The translations under genes were made by a program, and so were the position numbers. Shown one piece after another: positions 12,957 to 24,479 of a stretch of 64,000 nucleotides of DNA. A model generated the notes under the pieces. That model saw only the letters and a list, made by a program, of their open reading frames with translations, was not told the DNA's origin and did not search any database. This stretch comes from Lama glama (Eukaryota). Within the stretch, counting starts at the first letter, position 1, and the number at the start of each line of letters is the position of its first letter. Where the stretch lies: the NCBI GenBank assembly GCA_028534125.1, contig CM052817.1, positions 108,006,001 to 108,070,000 of the forward strand. The letters are read 5' to 3'.

Positions 12957-15729
12957 ATCAGGGAGCAGATCGGGCAGCAGGTGACTGGCAGCCATGTGTG
13001 CATGCCATGATCTGTTGCTAGGTAGGCTGAGTTCATACTCCCTGCCTACGTGCCCCCTTGCACCTCCTCTGAGCGGGTGTCACCATTTCTGGGGCCCTGC
13101 AAACTAGACATACTGAACAGTTTATCTGTGCTCTGCATTTTGTACAACAGATGGCCGGCGGGTGGTTTTTACATATGAGAAGTAAGTGGAAGTGGCATGC
13201 TGAATGCTCTATAAATACACAGCATGCTAAGCACCCTTTTGCCAAGCACTTTTTATTCTAATATGGACGTAGATCCTGTGACAGGTCTGCTGTTATGAAT
13301 GCAGATGTACGGCATAATTATCTTCACGGTAAAAATAGGATGATTAGGACAAGGACTCATGCCTGCTCTTTCATCTTCCACATTAAGCTGCCTCTGTGTC
13401 CTTTGCTAGAGGCATGGGACACTTGTTGGGTGAAGAGGCATGAAGCTCACAAGGTCGTTTTGTGAATTTCTCCAACTGGATGGATCAGAAGCATAGGAGT
13501 AAATGTCAGCTGTCATTCTCACGTGTTGGCAGACATCGATGATAATCTGTTGGACTGACTCAGTGGTCTCAGTCGACATCTAAACTTCCCAGAATGATTG
13601 CAGACTTTCCTGGGAAAGGCTGTGGTGGGAGGACACTCAAAAGGTCAGAAATGCAGACAGTAAGTTATAACCATCAATGCTTCCCTGAAATAAGATCTGT
13701 GTTTGGTCTCTTGGGGAATTCGTTGAATTGATTTAAGGCTTACACCAACCTTCTCCCTTCCAATAATTATTTGCTTGTTACTAATTCTGATAACGGTGAC
13801 AGATGTTGAGAAAACCTCTTATAAGCGTGGGGCCCCGGCATTTTCCACACTCATGCACTATTTTTAAGACAGAACTTATATTTAGAAGTGCTTCTTAGGC
13901 AGAGTTTAACTCTCAAGCTGTAGGCAACGTTCACACATACGGATTGATCTCAGCATGAGTGTTTCTGAGTGTGGGTGTGTTCTCTGCATCCTTAATGGGT
14001 TGTCTAGTCCAATTCTATGATGTAAAATTGCAAGCTAATAAATAAGAAATGAAAATGACTCAGCTGAGGGCAATGGTGATCACATTTGTAAAGAAAGCAA
14101 ATCCTTTTGAAATAACGTGATCTTGTAAAGTTGATTTGAAGGCTATAGCGAACTGTTACGGCTAATTGTGTCGATCTGTGATTTAGCTGATGAGGAAATC
14201 TGCCACTAGTTATTCTTTGAATAGAATAAATTACAAATTAATATTTTGGAGGGAGAAAAGAAAACACAACAGATGCAAGAGATACTGGGATTATTCCTCA
14301 TTGATTTTATTTTCATCCACAAAGCTCATCTTCATTTTGTGTATTTTCTTGCTGATGTAAATTGTAGTCAGTGAAAGAAAATTTATCAATGAATGATTCT
14401 TATAATAAGCATGTAAGAAAATCAAGATTTGCTGCATTAATGATGTGTCAGGGTAAGGAGCAATTGTCAGGAGACTTCATAGGCCAAGAAGATGGTCCAC
14501 ACCTGCTGAGACCTGGGGACAAGTGCTTAGAACTTTCCATAAAACATGTGCACATGGGGAAAAGGTGAGCATTAGAGCCTCCTGTGCCAGAGCAAAGAAA
14601 AAGCGAGCCTTTGGGGTTAGGATAGCTATATCTGACAGTGTTTCTATTTAGTTTAGACACCTGTGCTGGAGCCTAATCAAGTCTCTGCCCTACCCTGTGT
14701 TCCCCACCCCAGGACATTTGCACACCCTTCTCTTTCTGCCCCCAGTACTCTTCTCTGCCTGCACCAATTGACTCATCCCAGAGACTCCACCAGGCACTGT
14801 CCCTGCAGATCTTTGTAGTCTCACTGCCAAATGCACATTAAAGTCTTTGTACAGAGATCTGTTAAATAAAGAATTACATGCTAATTACTAGGGATCAGAA
14901 ATAATCAAATGAGGATCTCTGCCTTGAGAAACTTACAATATGAGATCCTTGAAATAAGCCTCCAGGGAAGACTGCCTTTTCAGGCTGTTGAAGCAATCTT
15001 TTCTCTTAGGCAGAATTTTGGTTTGTCAGTTTGATAAAAGCACTTAAAAGGATTCTTCCTGGGCAGGCCAGCCTCCCAGGCATAGAAGAAAGAGCAGTGT
15101 CAGTCTCTTTTCCCAGCCAGTGCCGTTAGCTCATCTCCACTGGAAGCTTTTCTGGGGGGAGAGAGAGAATCAGAGCAGCCCCAACGTCCTGAGCAATCTC
15201 CCCATGAGCGGGAGGGACCGCGGCGCAAGGATACCAGCGCCTGTCCTGCCCTGCACAACGCTCGCTTTAGGATGACAGGACCCTTTTATTAGCAACTCAG
15301 ACCCCTCCTATTAATTCCCCATGTTTTATAAAATGGAAGTTAAATAAAAATGATCCACGATAAAGAATGAAACAGGAGGGGAGAAAATAACACAATTTTG
15401 GAATCAAAGTCTACTTCCTATTTTTCCAGGAAAAAAAAAATTGTAATGTTAGCACGATTCTGGAGAGAAAAATCCCATTTCTGCGTGTTTGCTGTGAAGA
15501 GGAAAAGAGTAAATGGTAATAATAAATAAATTTGAGATAAACATTTCAAAGCAATGGAAATATCAAAACCAGTTTAAATTTTAAAATCCTGTTTTCTAAT
15601 ATATAAACTGCAGATAACGTTTGATCTATAATATTAATATCTATATATCAATAAATGAAATTATAATGTAAGTGCTTTGATTTTTTAAAAAATCACAAAA
15701 TGGAATTTTTTTTTAAATGTGAGTCATTA

Positions 15730-15950
15730 TTAGCACAGTAATGAAGTGTAGACTTTGGAGTTAGATTCTTATCTTGACTCCGGGCTCTGCCACTTACTGT
15801 GTGATCTTTGGGCAGGGGGTGGTTACTTAATTTCTCTGTGCCTCTGCTTTCTCATCTGTAAAAATGGGAAAATATTAAGTGAGCTAATTCATGAAAATTG
15901 TTTTGAAGAATATTTGCACTCATTAAAGGCAAGCTACCACTGTTATTAAA
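15730..15950 (+). mobile_element. MIR SINE
   Basis: ggctctgccacttactgtgtgatctttgggcag...ttacttaatttctctgtgcctctgctttctcatctgtaaaaatggg. Confidence 0.85.
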
Positions 15951-16285
15951 AATATATAAATAATCACTGTTATTAATAAAATAGTAGTCTGGATAACACG
16001 GCCTGATTCTTCATTGTATTTCATTCCTTGCCATTCTCAAGATGAGTTAACGGTACCCTGTTTCTTCCTCAGTAATGCTGACACCCCCTGAGCATCTGTG
16101 CCCAGACTCTCCTGATTTTGCTTCACTTTACGGTTCTCAGATGACCCAGTCATGAACTTTCTTCTTTTAGATCTTTTCTCATCTTAGTTTCCACCCTACA
16201 TGTCCTTTTTCCCCCATCCTTATCCCTCTCTGCCTACCTTCCCAGCTCATCCCCCAGGGCTCTTTCTTCACCCTATCGAGCACTA

Positions 16286-16603
16286 CAGTCAGTGCACCAT
16301 GTCTCCGCATCTGCAGATTCAATCAACCACTGATGGAAAATATTCGGAAAAAAAACGTTTCCAGAAAATTCCATAAAGCAAAACTTGACTTGCCGCACAC
16401 TATCAACTACAACTATTTTCACAGCACTTAACGGCATATTTGGTATTATAAGTAATTTGGAGATGATCTAAAGTAAACGGAGGATGTGTGTAGATTACAC
16501 GCAATTACTACAGCATTTTACGTAAGGGACTTGTGCATCTGGGGATTTTGGTACCCACAGGGAGTCCGGGCAACCAGCCCCCTGCAGATACCAAGGGATT
16601 GCA
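16286..16603 (-). mobile_element. MER2/MER2B-like Tigger MITE
   Basis: TA-flanked; ggtattataagtaatttggagatgatctaaagt...taagggacttgtgcatc...gattttggta...gataccaaggga matches the MER2-group consensus as I recall it. Confidence 0.85.
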
Positions 16604-16819
16604 TATTGAAATCATCTCTTTGTTAAGCTGGCTCTCCCACTAGGTCAGAAAAAGCATAAGGGCAGGAATCTGTTTCATTTTTTTAATCTTGTGCCCTCTG
16701 AGCCTATCTCAATAACTTATGTTCAGTAAATGAGAGATAAATGAATAATTAGGATTATCAACTGATATAAATGCACTATTGTTTATTGGAGAGAGATCCT
16801 TTCTTCCATTGGAGTTTAG

Positions 16820-17031
16820 ACCAGTGGTTCTCAAGCCTGGCTGTGCATTAGCACCTCCAGGGAGCTTTTAAAAAAACAGCTTCACTCGGGACCCACCATT
16901 CTAATGATCAGAATCCCTGAGCAGTAGTGCTCAGATATAAATATTTTAATTTATATATTTTTTTTTCAGACACGAATATTTTTAAAAGGTCCCAGGTGAT
17001 TTTATTGAAACACCTTAATCGAGAATGCTGG
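16820..17031. mobile_element. MER5A-like hAT-Charlie MITE
   Basis: ccagtggttctcaagcctggctgtgcattagcacctccagggagctttt...cccaggtgattt. Confidence 0.75.
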
Positions 17032-17250
17032 GCCAAAATAATATATTTTTAATATTCAGTTCATAAGAATATTTGTAAACAAAATTTAAAATCCCCCCCC
17101 CCAAATTGAAAATCCTCTAAATCTAAATCCTTACCCCTGGTGGTATACCTTTAAGAGATTCTAACTAATAACAAGCATTGAAAAGCCTGTGAAGTTTTAG
17201 ATGTTTATTACTCACTTTTCCAATAATTTTATGTAGTGTTATTACCCTAG

Positions 17251-17295
17251 AGCCATGAAAGTTATTTTCTGTTTCCGTCAGGTAACCCAGATGAG
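17251..17295 (+). CDS. candidate exon A of an unrecognised small gene (ATG at 17255; MKVIFCFRQVTQM, phase-2 end)
   Basis: Acceptor ttaccctag|, Kozak-like GCCATGA, consensus donor GAG|gtgagt. Confidence 0.3.
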
Positions 17296-17555
17296 GTGAG
17301 TACAACTGTGCCTGCAAGATTTATTTAGCTGCAGAATTGGGTTGTTAAGATGTCAGTTCTCAAATGTCCTACCTTCCATTTGGGTCATGGTAAAAAAATC
17401 TTATGTGAATAATGAATTTTAAAATTTTAAGTCAAAATGTCCTCTCTCGAATGCCCTATATGCATCCGAAGTTCCCAATTAAGACTCTAGTCACTGAAAC
17501 TTCTTACTGGTATTTCAAAGTTCAGAGATGTCCTTGCTTGCTATTTAAATCTTAG

Positions 17556-17629
17556 TCTGCACTTAAAGTCACTAAAGAATGTTACAGATGACTGTATCTG
17601 CTCCCCTAATCAGAGTGAGGACAATACAG
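17556..17629 (+). CDS. candidate exon B ([S]LHLKSLKNVTDDCICSPNQSEDNT, phase 2 to 1)
   Basis: Acceptor ccttgcttgctatttaaatcttag|, donor CAG|gtaaag; open in the frame required by exon A. Confidence 0.3.
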
Positions 17630-18461
17630 GTAAAGTTGAAGTTTCTTATGTGTAATTTCATGGTTGATAAGAATCAAAGTGAGAAAGTTAAGCTAGATCA
17701 TTAATTACGTTTATGTCCTAACAATGTTTTCTGTTTTACAAATATTTAATTCAACATAGCAGAGTTCATTTTCAGCCTTTGAGATTTGAAAGATGTTAGA
17801 GCTACAGCTCTTATTTTTATTTTTAAATACTGCACCTATTTTAAAAGAGATAATTTTCTTGTCAATATGTCAACATTTTGATAGGAAAATATTGCTATTA
17901 AATTCTTATATCATGGGGTTTTTCATCTTCAAATCATTGCTATTTATAAAAACTTGGATATCCTAAAAAAAAAAAAAAACCAATGAAGCTAGTTTAGTAG
18001 CTCCAATTTCCTTTGTGTTTGGAATTTCCTTTTATTGATTGGTATCAAATTTTCCTCTGTTTTGCATACTCAGTTGAAAAGTTGAAACTCAATTTAATGT
18101 TTTAACATGTCACGAAACTTGGATGGATAATGAAAATATTAGAAAATAAGTTCTGATCATCCAGTTTACATTGTCGAGATGAAATTTTCTAAAGGTAGAC
18201 CAGAAAAAAACTTCTAAAATTAAAATACAAAATGTAACTTTGGGACCAAAAATATCCCAAGAAAACTGGCAAAGTAAAAAAGAAATGTTAAATGATTTCC
18301 AACGGTTTCAGGCTAAAATACAATATTTGCTTCAAACTTAAAATACCACTATGTTGTTTAGTATTTTTAAAGCATTAAAGAAAAAGAAGAAGAAAGGATA
18401 TTGGAGATTTTGATCAGCCAATCTGTCAGCTGTGTTAGTTACTTTTTAGTATTGTCTTCAG

Positions 18462-18490
18462 GATTTGAGGATTACCATTATTGTCAGAAG
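18462..18490 (+). CDS. candidate exon C ([G]FEDYHYCQK, phase 1 to 0)
   Basis: Acceptor tttttagtattgtcttcag|, donor AAG|gtaata; open in the frame required by exon B. Confidence 0.3.
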
Positions 18491-18849
18491 GTAATATCTG
18501 GGTTTCAAATTGTGCTTAGTTCAGGGGATGTGAACACTAGCAATCCTATTTTTATTTATATTTAATCCATGCTATGTAGTCTTTGAATGAAGTGCTAAGT
18601 GAAGGCTGATTGAACAGGCAACAGTTTGAACATAATGATTGATTCTGTTTGAAAACTTCCTTTAATTTTCTTCCCCTTCTATATTAGAGAACTTTTCTCT
18701 GCATAATTTTAACATCTAACAGTTGGTGGAGGCCAACCTACACACATTTAGCTCAGAGGCTCCGGAATCCGTGCTCGGTACCAAGCTGTATTTCAGGGCT
18801 GCATGACTGAGCTCAGGAAAACTTGAGCATAAGTAAAGGTGTGACTTTG

Positions 18850-19010
18850 CAGTATTCTCGGTATTCAATATGCATTCAAACCTCCTGGGTATATTGTTAA
18901 AATGCAGATTCTGATCCAGTCAGTGGAATGTAGATGGAATTCTGCCGTTCTAATAAGCTCAGGTTAATGCCAATGTGACGGGTCCATGGACCACCCTTTC
19001 AGTAGCAAGG
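18850..19010. mobile_element. MER5A-like hAT MITE
   Basis: ttgttaaaatgcagattctg...tctaataagctc...ggtccatggaccaccctttcagtagcaagg. Confidence 0.75.
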
Positions 19011-19851
19011 AGTAGACTGTTAAGAGTTTTGCAACTGTTTGGGTCTCTCAATACCAATGCTTCATTAAACAGATCAACTTTTTTTTTTAAGATGGAAAAT
19101 TTTAAGGATAAGCAGACAACCATCAAACTCTGCATACATTTTTTTTAATGACATCCACAATTTAGAAAGACATCTTGAGAAAATCTTTGATGTAATGGAG
19201 AACTAGGAAGACCATTACTGCTTATATATAACTGATTAACTGGTGGCAAGGATAACTATTTCCGTTAATTCAAAACTCACTATAATTACACTCCTTTTAA
19301 CCAAGTCTGTGTCTGTGGCTCTACCACATCATTTAAGACAGTTGGCAACCAACCAACAACTTCAAGACAGCGAATTCCACCTAGTAGTGAGACCAATTGA
19401 GGAATGAAACTCGGAGTGATGAAACTTGCAATTTGAAAGATACTAGAGCTATAGACCTTGATTTTATTTTTAAATATTCTACCTGTTTTAAAGAGATCAT
19501 TCCCCATGTCAATATTTTGATTGGGAAAAATTGCTATTGGCATAAATTTTTGCATCACGGAGTTTGGGATAGACATGGTGCTGTCAGGCCATCTGAACTT
19601 AAGCCACAGCAACCAGGATCGTGGACTGCAAAATCTCCAATCAAGTCAAACTTTTATAGAACAGATATTCATGTGAAATATATATCCTGCAAAGTTTTCA
19701 TTATTTTACCTGAAAAGCAAGAGGAATAATTATAAATGATAATTTTTTATCTTTTCACTAAATATTACCAGAAGTCCAGAGTACAGGTTTCTTCTACTTG
19801 TAAAACTCAGCTTTGATTCAGACTGAATGTTCTAGATGCTAAATGACAAAC

Positions 19852-20496
19852 TTTTTAAAATTGAGGTATAATTGAAAAATAAGAATTGTATGTATTTAAG
19901 GTACACAACTTGATGTTTTGATATGTGTGTACATTATAAAATGATCACCACAATCAAGCTAATTAATGTATCCATCACCTCACACAGTTACCATTTTCTT
20001 TCTTATTTTGTGTCTGTGTGATGAGAACTCAAGATCTACTCTCTTAACAAACTTCAAGTATTCAATATAGTATTATTAAGTGTAGTCGTCACACTGCACA
20101 TTAGATCTTAGACCTTATTTATCTTGCAAACAGAAACTAGGTACCCTTAGGGCAACATCTCCACACTGGCCCCTCCCCTCTACCTCTGGCATCTGCCATT
20201 CTACTCTCTGCTTCTATGAATGTGACGATTTTAGATTCCACGTATAAGTGAGATCATGCAATATTTGTCTTTCTGTGTCTGCTTATTTCATTTAGCATAA
20301 CGTCCTCCAGTTTCATTTATGTTGTTCCAAATGGTAGAATTCCCTTTCTTTTAAAGTCTGAATAATATCCATTGTATACATATACCACATTCTCTTTATC
20401 CATGCATCAGTTGGTGCACATTTAGGTTGTTTCTGTATCTTGGCTACTGTGAACAATTTGTTGCAATGAACATGAGAGTATAGGTATCTCTTTGAG
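19852..20496 (-). mobile_element. L1MA-type 3' end (non-inverted part of a twin-primed insertion)
   Basis: ttgaggtataattg...atgatcaccacaatcaagctaattaatgtatccatcacctcacacagttacc...gattccacgtataagtgagatcatgc. Confidence 0.9.
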
Positions 20497-21240
20497 AGCC
20501 ATGCATGTCAACTGATCTTCCAAGAACATACAATGAGAAAAGATAGTCTCCTCAATAAATGGTGTTACAAAAATAAAATATCTAAATGCAGAAGAATAAA
20601 ATTGGACCCTTATCTCACGCTATATACAAAAATCAACTCAAAGTGGATTAAAGACTTAAATGTAAGACCTGAAAATATAAAACTACTAGAAGAAAACATA
20701 GAGAAAACTCCTTCGCATTGGTCTTGGCTATGTTTTTTTTGGATATGACACTAAATGCACATGCAACATAGTAAGAATAGACAAGGGAGATTGCTCAAAC
20801 TAGAAACCTTCTGCCCAGTAAAGGAAACAATCAACAGAGTGAAAACACAACCTACAGGATGGGATAAAATATTTGCAAACCATATATCTGATAATAGGTT
20901 GATACAAAAATATGTAAGACACTTACTATTAAAAACACAAATAACCTGATTAAAACATGGGCAAAGGACCAGAATAAATGTTTCTCAAAACACTGCTAAT
21001 CATCAGGGGATGCAAATCAAAACCACAGTAAGCTATCACCTGACACCTGTTAGAATGGCTATCATCAAAAAGTCAAAAGGTAAAAATGTTTTCAAGAATA
21101 GTAACACTTGCATAGTTTAGGCATAAATGCAAATTGTTATAGCCATTATGGAAAACAGCATAGAGGTTTCCTAGGAGTTAAACATAGAACTATCATGTGA
21201 TACAGCAATCCCACTTCTTGCTATATACCTTCAAAGGAAA
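20497..21240 (+). mobile_element. L1 ORF2 C-terminal segment, inverted relative to the adjacent 3' end
   Basis: ORF 20533-20748 gives KDSLLNKWC...[34 protein letters not shown], typical L1 ORF2p. Confidence 0.92.
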
Positions 21241-21508
21241 TAACAAATTACTTTTAACATTTAAATTTATTTTCCTTATTCCATTTTTGCTAAGGACAAT
21301 GCCATGAAGTAGACTCTAAAAATCATTTACATAATAAATGTTTATTTATTGCTTATATGTGTTCCCACATGTTTTCCCAAAACAGATGTACTGATGATGT
21401 GCAATGATCTTACTGCTTTAATTTTGTTGCTTTTTTCCCTAAGGGTGCTGAATACTTTTACCCTCTTCCTTTTTGTCACACATTTTCACCATATTACTTC
21501 TGTTTTAG

Positions 21509-21547
21509 GAAGATTTACCAAATAACTACATGAACTTGAGTTGACAG
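21509..21547 (+). pseudogene. candidate exon D (EDLPNNYMNLS*Q, phase 0-0) with an in-frame TGA
   Basis: Acceptor ttacttctgttttag|, weak donor CAG|gtgcag; 39 nt; TGA at 21542-21544. Confidence 0.2.
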
Positions 21548-21666
21548 GTGCAGTAACTCAAATATTTAATGAACAAAATGAATCACATTTACCTTGGTTT
21601 ACCTAGAATTGGAGATGAAGAACTAATATTTTCATATTAAAGTTCTGACTATGTGATAGCTAGGAC

Positions 21667-22199
21667 TGAAACAGAGAAGAAATAATCTGACTTCATATCA
21701 GATCTGTTCCTTTAGCTCTCACCCTGCGCTCTGTTTCCTGGGCTCCGTCACGCTGGTTCTGCACCTTTTGTAAAAGAATGTTGCCTGGAGCCTGACATAG
21801 ACAGGACAGCCCATCCTCAAGGCTCTGACCTTTAAGGATGTAACACTTTCCCATTCACATAGAAATAACAATTTGCAGAATAGAAAATAACGTTTGTCTT
21901 GTTGGAGGTTTACAGGGACACCATGACCTGACCCACGTGGACAGCTGCAAGAACAAAGGACTATGACACCAAGAAGTTTGTAACAACCACACAGACCCCC
22001 TCCCCTTTTAGTAGAAAAGAAAGTTGAATTCTAACTCAGGTAAGATGGTCCTTTGGGATACGAGACCACCATCTTCTCAGTCTACTGGCTTTCTGAATAA
22101 AGTTGCTATAAATGTAATTAAACTCCCTGCCCCAACACCTCATTTCTTCATGTATTGATCTGTCATGCAGCAAGCAGTATGAGCATAGACTCAGCAACA
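21667..22199 (+). mobile_element. ERV1 solo LTR, family A
   Basis: TGAAACAGAGAAG...CAGCAACA; TSD ggac/ggat; colinear with 43377-43895; contains aataaa. Confidence 0.9.
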
Positions 22200-22634
22200 G
22201 GATCAAAACAGAATAAGATTTAAATGCCTTAGTTGGTAATATATGGGAAAATATTTTGAAAAATATTTAAATGTTTTAGTCCTAACATCAAATATAAACA
22301 GTGAAACAATATTTTGAAGCCAAAACAATAAATCTGAAGTATTTAGAGTAGAAACATAAATGCACTATGCACAGACTCTTGAGTAACAGATGAAAAATAT
22401 TTAAATTATAGGGCAAAATTTAGAAATAGACAATCTTCCAACAATAAGACAAACATGTTTATATATCCTCTATGCTTATTAGTGTAAGAAAAAATAAAAT
22501 ATTTTTGTAACAATAGTTGTTGCTTTTCTAAAGTTTTAAATACACAAAAAGTACTGACTAGCCTCAAATCTCCTGGGGAAACGCACATATTTCCCTGGAC
22601 CAAGCTGTTAAAAGTAGATCAGTAGTATCATATT

Positions 22635-22797
22635 GTAAATAAATAAGTGACAAGGCTATATGATACAGCACAGGGAGATACAGCCATTATTTTGTAATAA
22701 TGTTAAATGGAGTATAACCTATTAAAATATTGAACCACTCTGCTTTACACTTGAAACAAATATAACATTGTAAATCAACTATACTTTAATAAAAAAT
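22635..22797 (+). mobile_element. short L1 3' end
   Basis: acagcacagggagatacagccattattttgtaata...ttgtaaatcaactatactttaataaaaaa. Confidence 0.85.
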
Positions 22798-22842
22798 GTT
22801 AAATTGTAATTTAAACAACTATTTTCTACAAGTTCCATTTAG

Positions 22843-22898
22843 GAAATTACAGAAATTAAAGAAGCAGCAAGTGGACGTGCCCAAGAGATGTTGGAGAT
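22843..22898 (+). CDS. candidate exon E (EITEIKEAASGRAQEMLE, phase 0 to 2)
   Basis: Acceptor ttttctacaagttccatttag|, purine-rich coding-like body, weak donor AT|gtgatc. Confidence 0.28.
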
Positions 22899-23179
22899 GT
22901 GATCGAGCCTTTTTATATTTTTTTTCTTTTAATCATTGTGCATTACAGAATAAAGATATTTCAAATCTGGAAATACATCCATGTGACAGAGGCAGTTTTG
23001 CTATATGAAAAATACAGTAAATATGTTGAAAAAAATCAAATTAGTTTGAATGTTTTGAGAAATGGTCACAACATTAATATTTTGAAGGTAGATGTATCTC
23101 TCCATAGGGTAATAATTAATTTCTAATATGTCCTTTATTAATTATTTTACAATGTGTGTCCTTCTCTCTGCTTTAACAG

Positions 23180-23237
23180 ACTTGGAATCTGCAGCTCAGA
23201 CGACTTGCTTGAGCCAGAATGTCAAAATAGGGACTGA
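23180..23237 (+). CDS. candidate terminal exon F ([I]LGICSSDDLLEPECQNRD*), AATAAA at 23297-23302
   Basis: Strong acceptor tgtccttctctctgctttaacag|; in frame with exon E; polyA signal 60 nt after the stop. Confidence 0.3.
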
Positions 23238-23419
23238 GCCTTGTTCCCAGTGTCTCCTGTCCTTTCTCACAAATCAAAAAAAAAGAGGAAGGAATTAATA
23301 AAAAGAGAGCGATGACCTTTGCTGTGTACCTGTCACGTTCTAGCTTCTGTGAGAGTGGAAAGTTTCTCATAATTATTTCTTTCAGTGCAGCTTCATATAT
23401 TATGAACTCTCTGCTGAGG

Positions 23420-23800
23420 CAGCTACCATCTGGTGGAAAAAATGAACATTTTCAACTTTCTTTTGGTCTAAACTTCTTAGCCTACAAAATACACTTTAAA
23501 ATACTTACCCATCAAGTTCTCTGAGAATTAAATGAGACCATACATTTTAAATATGTATCGAAGAATCAGGCATGCCCTAACCCTTTAATAAATTTTGGCT
23601 ATAAAATTACAATTCTGTTGCTGTTACTATTATTAGTAGTATTTAATTCTTACAGCAGTAAATCTGGGTAGATATAATGCCTATTCTTGTTAATAAGGAG
23701 CTGAGGTACATATTTTGAGTAAATCTTCCAGGGTTCCCAGAGCATAAAAGGAAAACAGGAATCCAACCTGACTCTTCACTGACCCCAGGTCACTGTCACG
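23420..23800. mobile_element. two diverged MIR fragments in opposite orientation
   Basis: atacttacccatcaagttctctgagaattaaatgagacc (+); taataaggagctgaggtaca...cttccagggttcccagagc (-). Confidence 0.55.
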
Positions 23801-24259
23801 TGCTTGGCATCAGGTTTCCTGAAATACAGCTCCACACTCTACCAGCTGTATGTCTTTGATTGAGAACACTTTTCTTTTTCAAAAGCTTTACATAAAACAC
23901 AGTATTTCCTTTTTATTTTCATTTCCAGTACCAAAATATTCACGCTGGTGTATACATTTGATTAAAAACAAGCTACATCCAGAGACACATTGTAAGTGGC
24001 TGTCATCTCCACCTTCTATGTGGTTTAGATACATGCATTGCCATTTTGAAAGACTTGTAGATATTCTAAAAATGCATTGTGAATCAATCGCAAATTTTTA
24101 AAAATAAATACCTTTGGAGGGTTCATTTCAATTTAGGAAATAATGTCTTAATGATTTTGTGTGTTCCACAGATTCGTTTTTGGAAAGTCCATCATTCCTG
24201 CAAAGTCCTTGCGGCCTCCTTGAAAGTAGACAGTACTGGAAATTGCGTAATAATAAAGG

Positions 24260-24301
24260 CTTCATGGGATTTCTATGTTTCTTCATGGGATTTCTATGTT
24301 T
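24260..24301. repeat. perfect 21-bp tandem duplication
   Basis: cttcatgggatttctatgttt occurs twice in tandem. Confidence 0.95.
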
Positions 24302-24479
24302 ATTTCCTACATCAAAGATAGTAAAGTTGATGAAAATATTTTTATTTGAGTTATTCAGCCATTTTGCATTGGCTTTTTATGTCTGTACCAAACAAATGGG
24401 CGCAGTGTAATTTAATCCTTTGCAGTTTTGCCAGGGAATATGAAAACTGAAGTTAACACTAACGCAGAGAAGGGTGGAA

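Noticed and set aside
17282..17295. GNPDE micro-exon reading, matching a motif I recall from GCSAML
   Set aside because: Only five residues, in another frame; no other GCSAML-like sequence nearby.
17251..17295. Casein/SCPP-like signal-peptide exon (GCC ATG AAA GTT, MKV...)
   Set aside because: No hydrophobic signal core, the exon ends in phase 2 rather than 0, and no SSEE motifs follow.
19092..19148. Alternative exon after block C (MENFKDKQTTIKLCIHFF*)
   Set aside because: AAG acceptor after a simple T-run and an early stop; weaker than the E/F continuation.
19290..19400. Faint resemblance of VCGSTTSFKTVGNQPTTS to a POMK-like kinase segment
   Set aside because: Short, low-identity match from memory; the downstream motif is not in register, so likely chance.
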